From assembly GCA_951813565.1 (NCBI GenBank), contig OX638351.1:3565506-3629505 (forward strand): DNA of 64,000 nucleotides. Reading direction: 5' to 3'. This DNA comes from an uncultured Poribacteria bacterium. Lineage in GTDB: Bacteria > Poribacteria > WGA-4E > WGA-3G. Of this stretch, positions 20,276-29,710 are shown one piece after another (position 1 is the stretch's first letter; the number at the start of each line of letters is the position of its first letter). Under the pieces are notes generated by a model. The model was not told where the DNA came from. It searched no databases and was given only the letters and a program-made list of their open reading frames with translations. The position numbers and the translations under genes were made by a program.

Positions 20276-23200
20276 ATGTCAGGATATTATCGATTCCCAA
20301 CTATTTCTCAGGAAACCATTGTTTTTGTTTGTGAAGATGATTTGTGGACAGTTCCTATCAGTGGTGGCGTGGCACGAAGACTCACATCGAATCTTGGCGC
20401 AACAGGTTCCCCACAGTTATCCCCGAACGGTGAACGGCTTGCATTTGCTGGGCGTGAAGAAGGTCCAGCAGAAGTTTACGTTATGCCAGCACTCGGCGGA
20501 GAAGCAAAACGGCTTACTTATCAGGGAAGCAATGCCAGCATTGTTGGTTGGAGTGCTGATGGGGAAAGTATTCTTTATTCCAGCGGTGCGGGGTCAGCAT
20601 TTGGTGCATGGATATGGAGCATTTCCGCTGACGGAGGTGAACCGGAACGTCTTCCTTATGGCCCCGCGAACCACATCGCATTCGGAGAAAACGGCGGCGT
20701 TGTACTCGGCAGGTTAACACGCGAACCAGCACGATGGAAACGTTATCGTGGTGGCACAGCCGGACAACTCTGGATAGATATAGATGGAAATGGACAATTT
20801 CAACCGCTTGCACCTGTTGATAGTAATTTTACCACGCCAATGTGGATTGGGGATCGTATCTATTTTATCTCTGACCACGAAGGCGTAGGCAATGTCTATT
20901 CCTGCCGGACCTCTGGCGATGACATTCAACGTCACACACATCAAGAAACCTACTACTGCCGATCCGCACAAACTGATGGCACCCGCATCGTCTATCACGC
21001 AGGTGCAGACCTATGGATATACGATATTAAAGAAGATACCAATGACCAAGTTGACATTGAATTCCGAAGTCCACGTATCCAGCGACAACGCAAATTTGTA
21101 AACGCTTCACAGTATCTACAGGATTATGCACCATCCGCTGATGGCAGGTCTATTACTCTAACTTCTCGCGGTAAACTTTTTACTATGGCAAATTGGGACG
21201 GTGCTGTCCTACAGCAAGGCAATCGCAGCGGCACCCGATACCGAATGACGCGATGGCTTAACGATGGAAAACGCGTTGTTACCCTTTCCGATGCTGACGG
21301 AGAAGAAGCGCTTGAAATCCACACCTGTGATGGTAGCGAAGAAATTCGCCGTCTTGATGAACTTGACATTGGTCACGTTAGGCAACTTTCAATCTGTCCA
21401 AAAGGGGATGACTTGAAAGACCAACTTCTCATCGTCAATCATCGCTTTGAACTTCTGCATATAGAACTTGAAACATCTGAGCTACGAGTACTTGACAAAA
21501 GCCTCTATAATCGCATTCAAGGCGCAAGTTGGTCACCCGATGGAAAATGGATTGCCTATAGTTTCCCTGCTACAGAGACTACATCTTCAATCAAGTTGTG
21601 TAATGTTGAAACTGGAGAAACATCATACATCACGCAGCCAGAATTCAACGATTTTGCACCGGCTTGGGATCCAGATGGAAAATATCTCTATTTTCTCTCA
21701 CAACGCGAATTTGATCCTGTCGGGGACGCCCTTCACTTTGACCTCGGATTTCCTACAGCGACACGTCCCATGTTGGTGACATTGCAGAAAGAATTACGAA
21801 ATCCATTTTTACCTGCTACACCGTCACCTGAGGATGAGAAAGAAAAAGAAGATGAGGAAAAGGAGGACAAGGATACTGAAGAAAAGTCTAACGAAAAAAA
21901 CGGTGATTCTAAAAAGAAAGATGATGAAAAAAAGAAAAAACCAATTGTTATTGAGTTAGACGGTATTGAACAACGTGTTATCGCTTTTCCTTACTCACAT
22001 GGACGTTACAGACAGATTGCTGGTGTTGAGGGCAAAGCGATTTTCACGTCTTTTCCTGTTCAGCATGCGACCAACGCACCCGGTGAGGAAGATTCAAGTG
22101 CTAAGGGCAAACTCCACGCTTACGACTTCAAAGAACAGAAAAAGGAAGTGCTTGTTCCAGATATTGACTCTTTCCAACTTTCGCGTGATTACAAAAATCT
22201 TTTATATCGCACAGGAAACCGGTTGCGCGTCATCAAAGCGGGCAAAAAAGCTGAAGATGACCAAAAATCCGAAAACAAAGGCGGCAGGAACCGACACAGC
22301 GGTTGGATAGATGTAAACCGCGTCAGACCTTCCGTTATCCCTTCTGCCGAATGGAAACAGATGTATCGCGAAGCATGGCGACTTCAACGCGACTATTTTT
22401 GGACCGAAAATATGTCCGATGTTGATTGGGAGAACGTATATCAACGTTATCTCCCTTTACTTGAACGGGTTGCGACCCGTGCAGAATTTTCTGATTTGAT
22501 GTGGGAGATGCAAGGGGAACTCGGCACCTCACACGCGTATGAATCTGGCGGCGATTATCGTAGTTCTCCAAACTACGCACAGGGATTTCTCGGTGCCGAT
22601 TTTGTTTACGACTCAGAAAACGAAGGTTATCGCATCACACACATTGCGCGCGGCGACACATGGAATGAGAGAAGAGATTCACCGCTCAACGCGCCCGGTA
22701 TCAACGTCCAAGAAGGAGATGTTCTCCTTTCTATTGGTGGGCAACAGGTAAGTGAAAATGTTTCTCCAGGTGAGTTGTTAGTCAATCTTTCGGGACAAGA
22801 GGTCCAAACCACGTTCAAAAATGCTAACGACGGTGAAAAACGCGTTGTCACAATCAAGGTGCTCGGTGGTGAAAGTGAATTACGGTACCGCGAATGGGTC
22901 GCGCAGAATCGGAAATACGTTCACGAAAAAACGGATGGTAAGGTTGGGTACGTGCATATCCCCGACATGGGCAGACGTGGATATGCTGAGTTTCATCGCG
23001 GCTACCTCGCTGAAGTTAGCTATCCCGGTCTGCTCATTGATGTCCGCTATAATGGGGGTGGAAATGTTTCGCAACTAATCTTAGAGAAATTGTCTCGTCA
23101 CCGCATCGGATACGCTGTTCCACGATGGGGCACGCCACATCCATATCCTGCAGCTTCTGTGTTAGGCCCGATGGTCACTGTCACGAACGAAAATGCAGGG

Positions 23201-23563
23201 TCAGATGGTGACATCTTTTCACACTGCTTCAAATTGATGAAGTTAGGGAAACTTATCGGTAAGCGAACGTGGGGCGGCGTTATCGGTATTTCGCCACATC
23301 AAGGTTTTGTAGATGGTGGTTCAACAACGCAACCGGAGTATTCTTTCTGGTTCGTTGATGTCGGTTGGAACGTTGAAAACTACGGTACCGACCCGGACAT
23401 TGAAGTAGATTATCGTCCGCAGGACTATATGGGAGAAGATGATCCGCAACTTGATAAAGCGATTGAAATTCTCCTCCAGGAGATGGAAGATAACCCGCCC
23501 GAACTCCCCGATTTCGGTGAACGTCCACGTCTCACATTGCCAACCTTACCGAAAGCCGAATAA
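20276..23563 (+). CDS. Tricorn protease homolog (S41-family peptidase with N-terminal beta-propellers and PDZ)
   Basis: N-terminus YYRFPTISQETIVFVCEDDLWTV...GG.ARRLTS is the tricorn signature. The C-terminal S41 domain has GGGNV and TNENAGSDGD.. blocks. 1095 aa. Confidence 0.7.
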   Translation: MSGYYRFPTISQETIVFVCEDDLWTVPISGGVARRLTSNLGATGSPQLSPNGERLAFAGREEGPAEVYVMPALGGEAKRLTYQGSNASIVGWSADGESILYSSGAGSAFGAWIWSISADGGEPERLPYGPANHIAFGENGGVVLGRLTREPARWKRYRGGTAGQLWIDIDGNGQFQPLAPVDSNFTTPMWIGDRIYFISDHEGVGNVYSCRTSGDDIQRHTHQETYYCRSAQTDGTRIVYHAGADLWIYDIKEDTNDQVDIEFRSPRIQRQRKFVNASQYLQDYAPSADGRSITLTSRGKLFTMANWDGAVLQQGNRSGTRYRMTRWLNDGKRVVTLSDADGEEALEIHTCDGSEEIRRLDELDIGHVRQLSICPKGDDLKDQLLIVNHRFELLHIELETSELRVLDKSLYNRIQGASWSPDGKWIAYSFPATETTSSIKLCNVETGETSYITQPEFNDFAPAWDPDGKYLYFLSQREFDPVGDALHFDLGFPTATRPMLVTLQKELRNPFLPATPSPEDEKEKEDEEKEDKDTEEKSNEKNGDSKKKDDEKKKKPIVIELDGIEQRVIAFPYSHGRYRQIAGVEGKAIFTSFPVQHATNAPGEEDSSAKGKLHAYDFKEQKKEVLVPDIDSFQLSRDYKNLLYRTGNRLRVIKAGKKAEDDQKSENKGGRNRHSGWIDVNRVRPSVIPSAEWKQMYREAWRLQRDYFWTENMSDVDWENVYQRYLPLLERVATRAEFSDLMWEMQGELGTSHAYESGGDYRSSPNYAQGFLGADFVYDSENEGYRITHIARGDTWNERRDSPLNAPGINVQEGDVLLSIGGQQVSENVSPGELLVNLSGQEVQTTFKNANDGEKRVVTIKVLGGESELRYREWVAQNRKYVHEKTDGKVGYVHIPDMGRRGYAEFHRGYLAEVSYPGLLIDVRYNGGGNVSQLILEKLSRHRIGYAVPRWGTPHPYPAASVLGPMVTVTNENAGSDGDIFSHCFKLMKLGKLIGKRTWGGVIGISPHQGFVDGGSTTQPEYSFWFVDVGWNVENYGTDPDIEVDYRPQDYMGEDDPQLDKAIEILLQEMEDNPPELPDFGERPRLTLPTLPKAE

Positions 23564-23586
23564 GACATATTCATTTTATTTCTGTA

Positions 23587-23618
23587 GGCGCGCTTTGCAA
23601 GCGCGCCTTTCCTTGTTT
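23587..23618 (+). terminator. Rho-independent terminator after the tricorn protease gene
   Basis: GGCGCGC-TTTGCAA-GCGCGCC hairpin followed by a TTTCCTTGTTT run. Confidence 0.6.
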
Positions 23619-23730
23619 AATACTGCACGATTATTCGGAGTTGATTTGGAAGGTGTTATGTGCTAAAATGCTCCATATATTGATTATCTCACTAATTCAA
23701 TAATTGGAAAAACATTAGGATTCCCTATAG

Positions 23731-24023
23731 ATGAGGAACGATGAGTATGGCAAAACACAGGTTGAAATCCAATTCACACTCCCTATTGACGAAACACTGC
23801 TGCACCATAAAACTAATGCAGAATTCAAGGCAAAAGAGGCTTTTGTGCTTGAACTCCTTCGGCAAGGTGACATCAGTGCGGGCAAAGCCGCAAAACTTCT
23901 TAACATATCGAGATGGGATCTCTCATAGTTGATGTCTCCTGCTGGAATTTCTCCTTTTGCTGAGCAGACTGCAGAAGAATTAGCAACTGAAGTTGAAAGT
24001 GCTTTAAGAATTCTGAATAGATA
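23731..24023 (+). pseudogene. UPF0175-family (antitoxin-like) gene interrupted by an in-frame TAG
   Basis: ...ISAGKAAKLLNISRWDLS(*)LMSPAGISPFAEQTAEELATEVESALRIL matches the UPF0175 pattern through the stop. No cognate PIN/DUF3368 partner downstream. Confidence 0.35.
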
Positions 24024-24041
24024 AGGAAGACAAAAGCCACC

Positions 24042-25238
24042 ATGCGTATACTCTGTACGAACGTAGGAAGCACCTCGTTCAAATACCAAATCATTGATAT
24101 GGAAACAACGACCTCCCTTGTCAAGGGAGGTGTAGAACGTATCGGCAATTCTCCCTCTGGGTTCACGCATGCGGTACCGGGAAAACCTACCCGCGAAGGC
24201 GAAATTGACGCACCATCACATATTGATGCGATTGCCCACGCCATGCAACTCATCACGGATCCCGAAGTCGGTTGTCTTACAGACCTCAACCAATTGGACG
24301 GTGTCGGGTTTAAAACTATTCTTGCCAAAGGATACTGGCGTTCAGCACGGATTACAGAAAACGTTATCGCAGCATTAGAGGCATCTACACCACTTGCACC
24401 AATGCACAATCCTGCCTATATCGCCTCCATCCGCGCCTTTCAGGAATTCCTTCCCACAACACCGCTCGTTGCTGTTTTTGAGACGTGGTTTCACCAGACT
24501 ATCCCGGATTACGCCTACGAATTCGGTGTTCCTCGCTTCTGGGTAGAAAAACATGGCATCCGCAAATACGGATTTCACGGTGCATCGCATCGCTACATCT
24601 CTGAACGCGTGCCGCAAATGCTTGGTCTTGATAGCGGAGACGGACTTCGGATTATCTCCTGCCATCTCGGAGGTAGTTCCTCCATCTGCGCCATCAAAGA
24701 TGGGGAGTCTATTGACACCTCAATGGGCACGTCAACACAATACGGTATGGTCCAATCTACTCGCTGTGGAGACTTAGATGCCTTTGCTGTCCTGTATCTG
24801 ATGGATAGAGAGGGTTTTTCTACCGATGAAATTCGTCGGCAGTTGATTGAGGAATCGGGAGTGAAAGGCATCTCCGGCACCAGTGGCGATATGCGTGACG
24901 TAGAAGCGGCGATAAATGCTGGCAACGACAATGCTCGCTTAGCCTTAGAAACTTATGTTTACGGTGTAAAAAAATATATCGGTGCGTATATTGCAGCGCT
25001 TGGTGGGGTTGATGTCATCGCTTTTGCCGGTGGTATCGGGGAAAAGAGTGCAACGACACGCGCGCAAGTCTGTGAAGGACTTGAATGGTGCGGTATCCAT
25101 TTAGACGCTGAAAAAAATGCGAATTCAACTGGAGAAGCTGATCTTTCGTTGGACAACAGCCGCACGAAAATTCTCGTTGTTTCTACGAATGAGGAACTTA
25201 TTGTTTCACGTGAAACTGCAAGCGTCCTAAAAGGATAG
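24042..25238 (+). CDS. ackA: Acetate kinase
   Basis: Acetokinase family: N-terminal ILCTNVGSTSFKYQI and HLGGSSSICAIKDGESIDTSMG blocks. 398 aa. Confidence 0.8.
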   Translation: MRILCTNVGSTSFKYQIIDMETTTSLVKGGVERIGNSPSGFTHAVPGKPTREGEIDAPSHIDAIAHAMQLITDPEVGCLTDLNQLDGVGFKTILAKGYWRSARITENVIAALEASTPLAPMHNPAYIASIRAFQEFLPTTPLVAVFETWFHQTIPDYAYEFGVPRFWVEKHGIRKYGFHGASHRYISERVPQMLGLDSGDGLRIISCHLGGSSSICAIKDGESIDTSMGTSTQYGMVQSTRCGDLDAFAVLYLMDREGFSTDEIRRQLIEESGVKGISGTSGDMRDVEAAINAGNDNARLALETYVYGVKKYIGAYIAALGGVDVIAFAGGIGEKSATTRAQVCEGLEWCGIHLDAEKNANSTGEADLSLDNSRTKILVVSTNEELIVSRETASVLKG

Positions 25239-25334
25239 ATGCCACGCGTGAATGCACAAATATAACCTAATGAACTTTGACAATCAAACGGGGTAATGTT
25301 ATGATGGTATAATCCAACATAAAAGGAGTATACC

Positions 25335-25628
25335 ATGGCAAAACGAAGAGAACTCATTCGGACAGAAGAAGAAAAACAGGAACTGATTGAATATCCAGAT
25401 CATCACGACCGTCCTGATGTAAGAGAAAAAGCTGCTGCGTTGTTGAAAATAGCCGAAGGTGTTTCGGCACACTGGGTTTCGACCTATGGGTTACTCAAAC
25501 GCCGCAAACCTGATACCATTTACAGATGGTTGAATATATATGACGAAGAAGGTTTTGATGGGTTAATCCAGCGGCAGCATGGCGGAGCAAGACAGCGATT
25601 TTCAAAAAAAAAAAAGAAGAACTATTAG
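25335..25628 (+). pseudogene. IS630-family transposase N-terminal HTH fragment
   Basis: VREKAAALLKIAEGVSAHW...IYRWLNIYDEEGFDGLIQRQHGG resembles the IS630/Tc1 winged-HTH N-terminus. It ends in an 11-nt poly-A tract (25605-25618) and no DDE domain follows. Confidence 0.4.
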
Positions 25629-25639
25629 AACGTGTGCGC

Positions 25640-26330
25640 CAAGCCCAGATGAAGTTGTGGATAAAGCGAAAGGTGTCATCAAGACGATCACAATCAAACG
25701 TGACAGGTGCGGTGATTATTGGATATGCTTTTCGTGCGAGAATGTTGACGATTCCAAACCAAACGCCAAGACGGGTAAGAGCGCAGGGTTTGATTATGGA
25801 AACAAAACATTTCTAACAAGCGACGAAGGCGATAAGATACAATCACCGCAGTTTTTCAAACAATCACTCAACACGTTGCGATCTCTCAACAAAGCACTCA
25901 GCCGTAAAGTCAAAGGTTCTAACAACTGGTATCGTGCATACCGTGCTTTAGCAAGACAACACAGAAAAGTTGCCAGACAAAGAGAAGATTGGCAGTGGAA
26001 ACTGACTGACAAACTTTGCACGGAGTTTGATACACTCTACTTTGAAACTTTGAACCTTAATGGTATGAAACGGCTTTGGGGACGCAAAGTCTCTGACCAC
26101 GCCTTCTACCATTTCGGACAGATACTGGAACAGAAGTTGTGAAGCACGGCAAAAAACTTGTGCAAATCAGTCAATGGACAGCAACGACAAAACCTTGCAG
26201 TGATTGTGGATACCATAACGAAGAACTTTCTCTTTCAGATAGACAGTGGACATGCTCCGAATGTGGCTCACACCACGACAGAGACATCAACGCTGCTATC
26301 AACATCAAACGGGCCGGCTTGGCTGCCTAA
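25640..26330 (+). pseudogene. tnpB: TnpB (IS605/IS1341-type OrfB, RuvC-like plus zinc finger) 3-prime portion with a frameshift near 26140
   Basis: Blocks ...FETLNLNGMKRLWGRKVSDHAFYHFGQILEQKL / KHGKKLVQISQWTATTKPCSDCGY...WTCSECGSHHDRDINAAINIKRAG are the canonical TnpB RuvC-III and CxxC...CxxC finger. N-terminally truncated (about 230 aa versus about 400). Confidence 0.6.
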
Positions 26331-26487
26331 AGTGGAGCGACACTAAGACGGTCAACTCTCTGAGAAAACCGCAGTCGCGAGGAAGCACAAGCCCCTACCT
26401 TTAGGTAGTGGGTACCTATGAAATTCCCACTGATATCCCGTTTTATTTAATGTCTTTTTTGATACATAAACCAAACCTCTAAAATCA

Positions 26488-27933
26488 ATGCAAGGTAAAA
26501 AGATGAAAAACGCACAACTATCTAACCCTGAAATCGACTCCAAAAATCTTCCTGCAGTTTTGGGCGGGACACCAGTTTTTGAAATATCAGAAGATGCCCC
26601 GTTTCCGAAATTAGATCAATGGCGTCAAATTACCGAAGCAGAGGCACAAGTTGCTTACGAAATGACGTTGCGAAACGAGTTGTCAAGCGGATCTTCTACT
26701 GTGCAAGAATTTGAGCGAATTTGGCGTGAACGACACCAGACACAATTCGCTATGAGTCTTACCAACGGTACCGCTGCCCTACATAGTGCAATGTTCGGCC
26801 TCGGGGTTGGCCCTGGCGATGAGGTTATCTGTCCTACCTACACCTGGATGGCTTCTATAACACCTGCTCTAATGCTGAATGCAAGACCCGTCTTTTGTGA
26901 AGTTGACCCTAAAACGTTGCTAATTGATGTTAATGATGTTCGGCAGCGTATTACAAAGCGAACAAAAGCAATTGTTGCAATACATCTGTGGGGTAACGTG
27001 TGCAACATGGATGCCTTGATGGCACTCAGTCAAGAAACAGGTGTGCCTATAATAGAAGACTGTTCACACGCGCACGGCGCGTTTTATAAGGGAAAACTGT
27101 GTGGCAGTATCGGACAAGTGGGCGCATGGAGTTTGCAAGGAAGCAAAGCATTGTCTGCAGGCGAAGGCGGCATGCTCGCTACGAATGACATCACAGTTTT
27201 TGAACGCGCATGTTTATTAGGTCAGGTCAATCGCAGGATAGATAGTATAGGGGACCCAGTTTTGGATCCATCAGCGCTTTCCTACGCACATCTGCCGCCT
27301 ATGGGATTAGGAGTTAAATATCGCGCACATCCATTAGCAATTGGCATTGCATCCGTGCAACTACAAAAACTTGATGAACTCAACACAAACCGCCGTGCAT
27401 ATATTGAACAGATCACAAACGGATTAGAAGATATTCCTGGAGTATATCCTATTGAGCGATATACCGGTGCGGAGCCAGCAGCATTTTTTGGATTTCCTAT
27501 CCATTACCGCGAGGAAGAAATGCACAGTCTATCGGCACAAGTGTTTGCGCATGCTCTACGGAAAGAAGGTGTCTTGGCAAATAATAATCCATATCCGCTC
27601 ATGGTCGGTGATGGTGTGCCTGTTTTTTCTTCAAGTTTACCAACGAATAGTAACCCGTATCCGCTACTTCATACGCTTCCGCTCTTTGCGAAAGGGCTCG
27701 ATATTTTCACTAATGGACGTGGGTCTCTTTGTCCATCTGAGATGGATGGAGATTATGATGGATACGCCACTGGAGACTTGCCAATAACTGAGAAAATCTG
27801 TTCACAATTGGTATTTTTACCACTGTTAACAAAGCCTGTTCCAAAGGCAACTGAACGTATACTTACGGCAATTCGAAAAATTTCCAATCACGCAGAACTT
27901 TTGGCTAATACCGTCAAAGATGGCAAGGTATAG
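26488..27933 (+). CDS. DegT/DnrJ/EryC1/StrS-family PLP-dependent aminotransferase (extended C-terminus)
   Basis: N-terminal LPAVLGGTPVF. PLP-lysine block SLQGSKALSAGEGGML. 481 aa. Confidence 0.7.
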   Translation: MQGKKMKNAQLSNPEIDSKNLPAVLGGTPVFEISEDAPFPKLDQWRQITEAEAQVAYEMTLRNELSSGSSTVQEFERIWRERHQTQFAMSLTNGTAALHSAMFGLGVGPGDEVICPTYTWMASITPALMLNARPVFCEVDPKTLLIDVNDVRQRITKRTKAIVAIHLWGNVCNMDALMALSQETGVPIIEDCSHAHGAFYKGKLCGSIGQVGAWSLQGSKALSAGEGGMLATNDITVFERACLLGQVNRRIDSIGDPVLDPSALSYAHLPPMGLGVKYRAHPLAIGIASVQLQKLDELNTNRRAYIEQITNGLEDIPGVYPIERYTGAEPAAFFGFPIHYREEEMHSLSAQVFAHALRKEGVLANNNPYPLMVGDGVPVFSSSLPTNSNPYPLLHTLPLFAKGLDIFTNGRGSLCPSEMDGDYDGYATGDLPITEKICSQLVFLPLLTKPVPKATERILTAIRKISNHAELLANTVKDGKV

Positions 27934-27947
27934 AATTTTTTAGAAAA

Positions 27948-29675
27948 ATGTCATTTGAATTTTCGAGTCTCACGCGAACTCAAAATATAAAAACCTTAAA
28001 GACAGAACCGTTAGATGTATTAGTTATCGGTGGTGGCATCGTCGGGGCTGGCTTAATTCGAGACCTCGCGTTAAACGGGGGAATCAAGGCTGGTTTGATT
28101 GAACAAGATGATTTTGCCAGTGGAACAAGTGGTGCAAGTTCTCAGCTTATTCACGGTGGGTTCCGCTATCTTGCCACACGCGACATCGGTCTTGTGAAAC
28201 AAGCGCGCAAGGAACGAGAAATACTGCTTCATATCGCACCTAACCTCGTTAAACCTATACCGTTGGCGATTCTTAGTTATAAGGGTGACCCGTATCCACT
28301 CACCGGTATTCAACTCGCCGCACGTTATTACAATCATCTCTCGAAATCAGACATAGCAGAAAAGTCAAAGCTTCTGCGAGATGTCCATAAGATACAAGCC
28401 ATGGTCGGCCCTGTTGCGACAGATGCATTAAAAGGCTGTGTTGTGTTATGGGACAGCAAGGTAGACGATGCGAGACTAACTATAGCAACACTTAAAGACG
28501 CATATCAGAACGGTGGGATTGTAACGAACTATGTCCAGTTTCTTCATTTTATTGCCCAACCCGATACGTCAAATCCAACGCACCGCATAATGGCTAAAGA
28601 TACTATTTCTGGTGAATGTTTTGAGATTGCCGCACGAAAAATTGTTTCTACGGCAGGTCCTTGGACAGATCAGTTATGGCGTAAAGACCCCAGTTATGAT
28701 GGAGTTCCTCGATTGGTGACCAAAAATGCTAAAGGAATTCACCTTATTTTGCCACGTTGTGTTGGGGGAAATAGTTCAGTTCAGTATGGTGTGATAACAG
28801 TGACACAGGCAGAAAAGTCGCATAATGAAAAGCAGCGCGCAATTTTTATTTTGCCCGGTGAGCACGATACCTCTATCATTGGCACAACTGAAACGACACC
28901 AGAGGGCGAACCGGAGTCTGTCCGTCCTTCCACAAAAGAAGTGGCGTATCTGCTTTCTGAAATACAGCGGCTTTTTCCAAGTATGTCGTTTGATCGCAGC
29001 GCTATTATTGGTGCTTATGCGGGAATACGTCCTCTCATCGCTACCAACAATTCTAAACAAATAAGTGAAAACGAAAGTCGTAATTTTGTTTCCCGAGAGC
29101 ATCTAATCACTGAAAGTCCAAGCGGCATCCTATATGTTTATGGCGGAAAACTAACGACACACCGTCTGATCGCTGAGGAAACGGTAGACTACTTGGCAGA
29201 ATCTCTAAATGTGCCTCGTGAATGTAAAACTGCTGTCTGTCCCTTGCCAAGTGCTATCTCAGAAGGACTTTGCGCGGATGACATTGATACAGTAATACGT
29301 TCAAACCATCAATCTGTAGTTAACTTACTTCCAAATTGTGATAAAGAACGTCTCATCCAAAGGTATGGAAACAGAGGATATCAAACCATTCAAGAGTTTG
29401 TGAATCAGGATGCAACGCTCGCTGAACCGATCACAACGTCTCTTCCATTTGTAAAAGCAGAAATCCTTTATGCTTATTGGGGAGAAATGGCAATTACGTT
29501 AGAAGACCTGCTGTGGAGACGCACCCGCATTGGACGGACGCAGGGACAAGGTTTAGACATAGCACCACAAATAGCGCAATTTCTCGGTAAATGGAACAAC
29601 TGGAATCAGGCAAGGGTCGCAGCAGAAGTTGAGAAGTATACCCACCGCATTCAGTGGTTAAATCATAATTTGTAA
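27948..29675 (+). CDS. FAD-dependent oxidoreductase, glycerol-3-phosphate dehydrogenase (GlpD/GlpA)-like
   Basis: DVLVIGGGIVGAGLIRDLA...SGTSGASSQLIHGGFRYL dinucleotide-binding and GlpD-type blocks. Confidence 0.6.
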   Translation: MSFEFSSLTRTQNIKTLKTEPLDVLVIGGGIVGAGLIRDLALNGGIKAGLIEQDDFASGTSGASSQLIHGGFRYLATRDIGLVKQARKEREILLHIAPNLVKPIPLAILSYKGDPYPLTGIQLAARYYNHLSKSDIAEKSKLLRDVHKIQAMVGPVATDALKGCVVLWDSKVDDARLTIATLKDAYQNGGIVTNYVQFLHFIAQPDTSNPTHRIMAKDTISGECFEIAARKIVSTAGPWTDQLWRKDPSYDGVPRLVTKNAKGIHLILPRCVGGNSSVQYGVITVTQAEKSHNEKQRAIFILPGEHDTSIIGTTETTPEGEPESVRPSTKEVAYLLSEIQRLFPSMSFDRSAIIGAYAGIRPLIATNNSKQISENESRNFVSREHLITESPSGILYVYGGKLTTHRLIAEETVDYLAESLNVPRECKTAVCPLPSAISEGLCADDIDTVIRSNHQSVVNLLPNCDKERLIQRYGNRGYQTIQEFVNQDATLAEPITTSLPFVKAEILYAYWGEMAITLEDLLWRRTRIGRTQGQGLDIAPQIAQFLGKWNNWNQARVAAEVEKYTHRIQWLNHNL

Positions 29676-29710
29676 AAATACTTTTAGCCAGGACACAGTT
29701 TTATAAAAAC

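Noticed and set aside
20262-20717. 151-aa ORF overlapping the start of the tricorn protease gene in another frame
   Set aside because: The tricorn frame has the diagnostic N-terminal signature and continues for 1095 aa. The overlapping ORF is a frame artefact.
25335-25628. Intact IS630 transposase
   Set aside because: Only the N-terminal HTH region is present. The expected DDE catalytic domain is replaced by TnpB-like sequence after a homopolymer, so it is called a fragment, not a functional gene.
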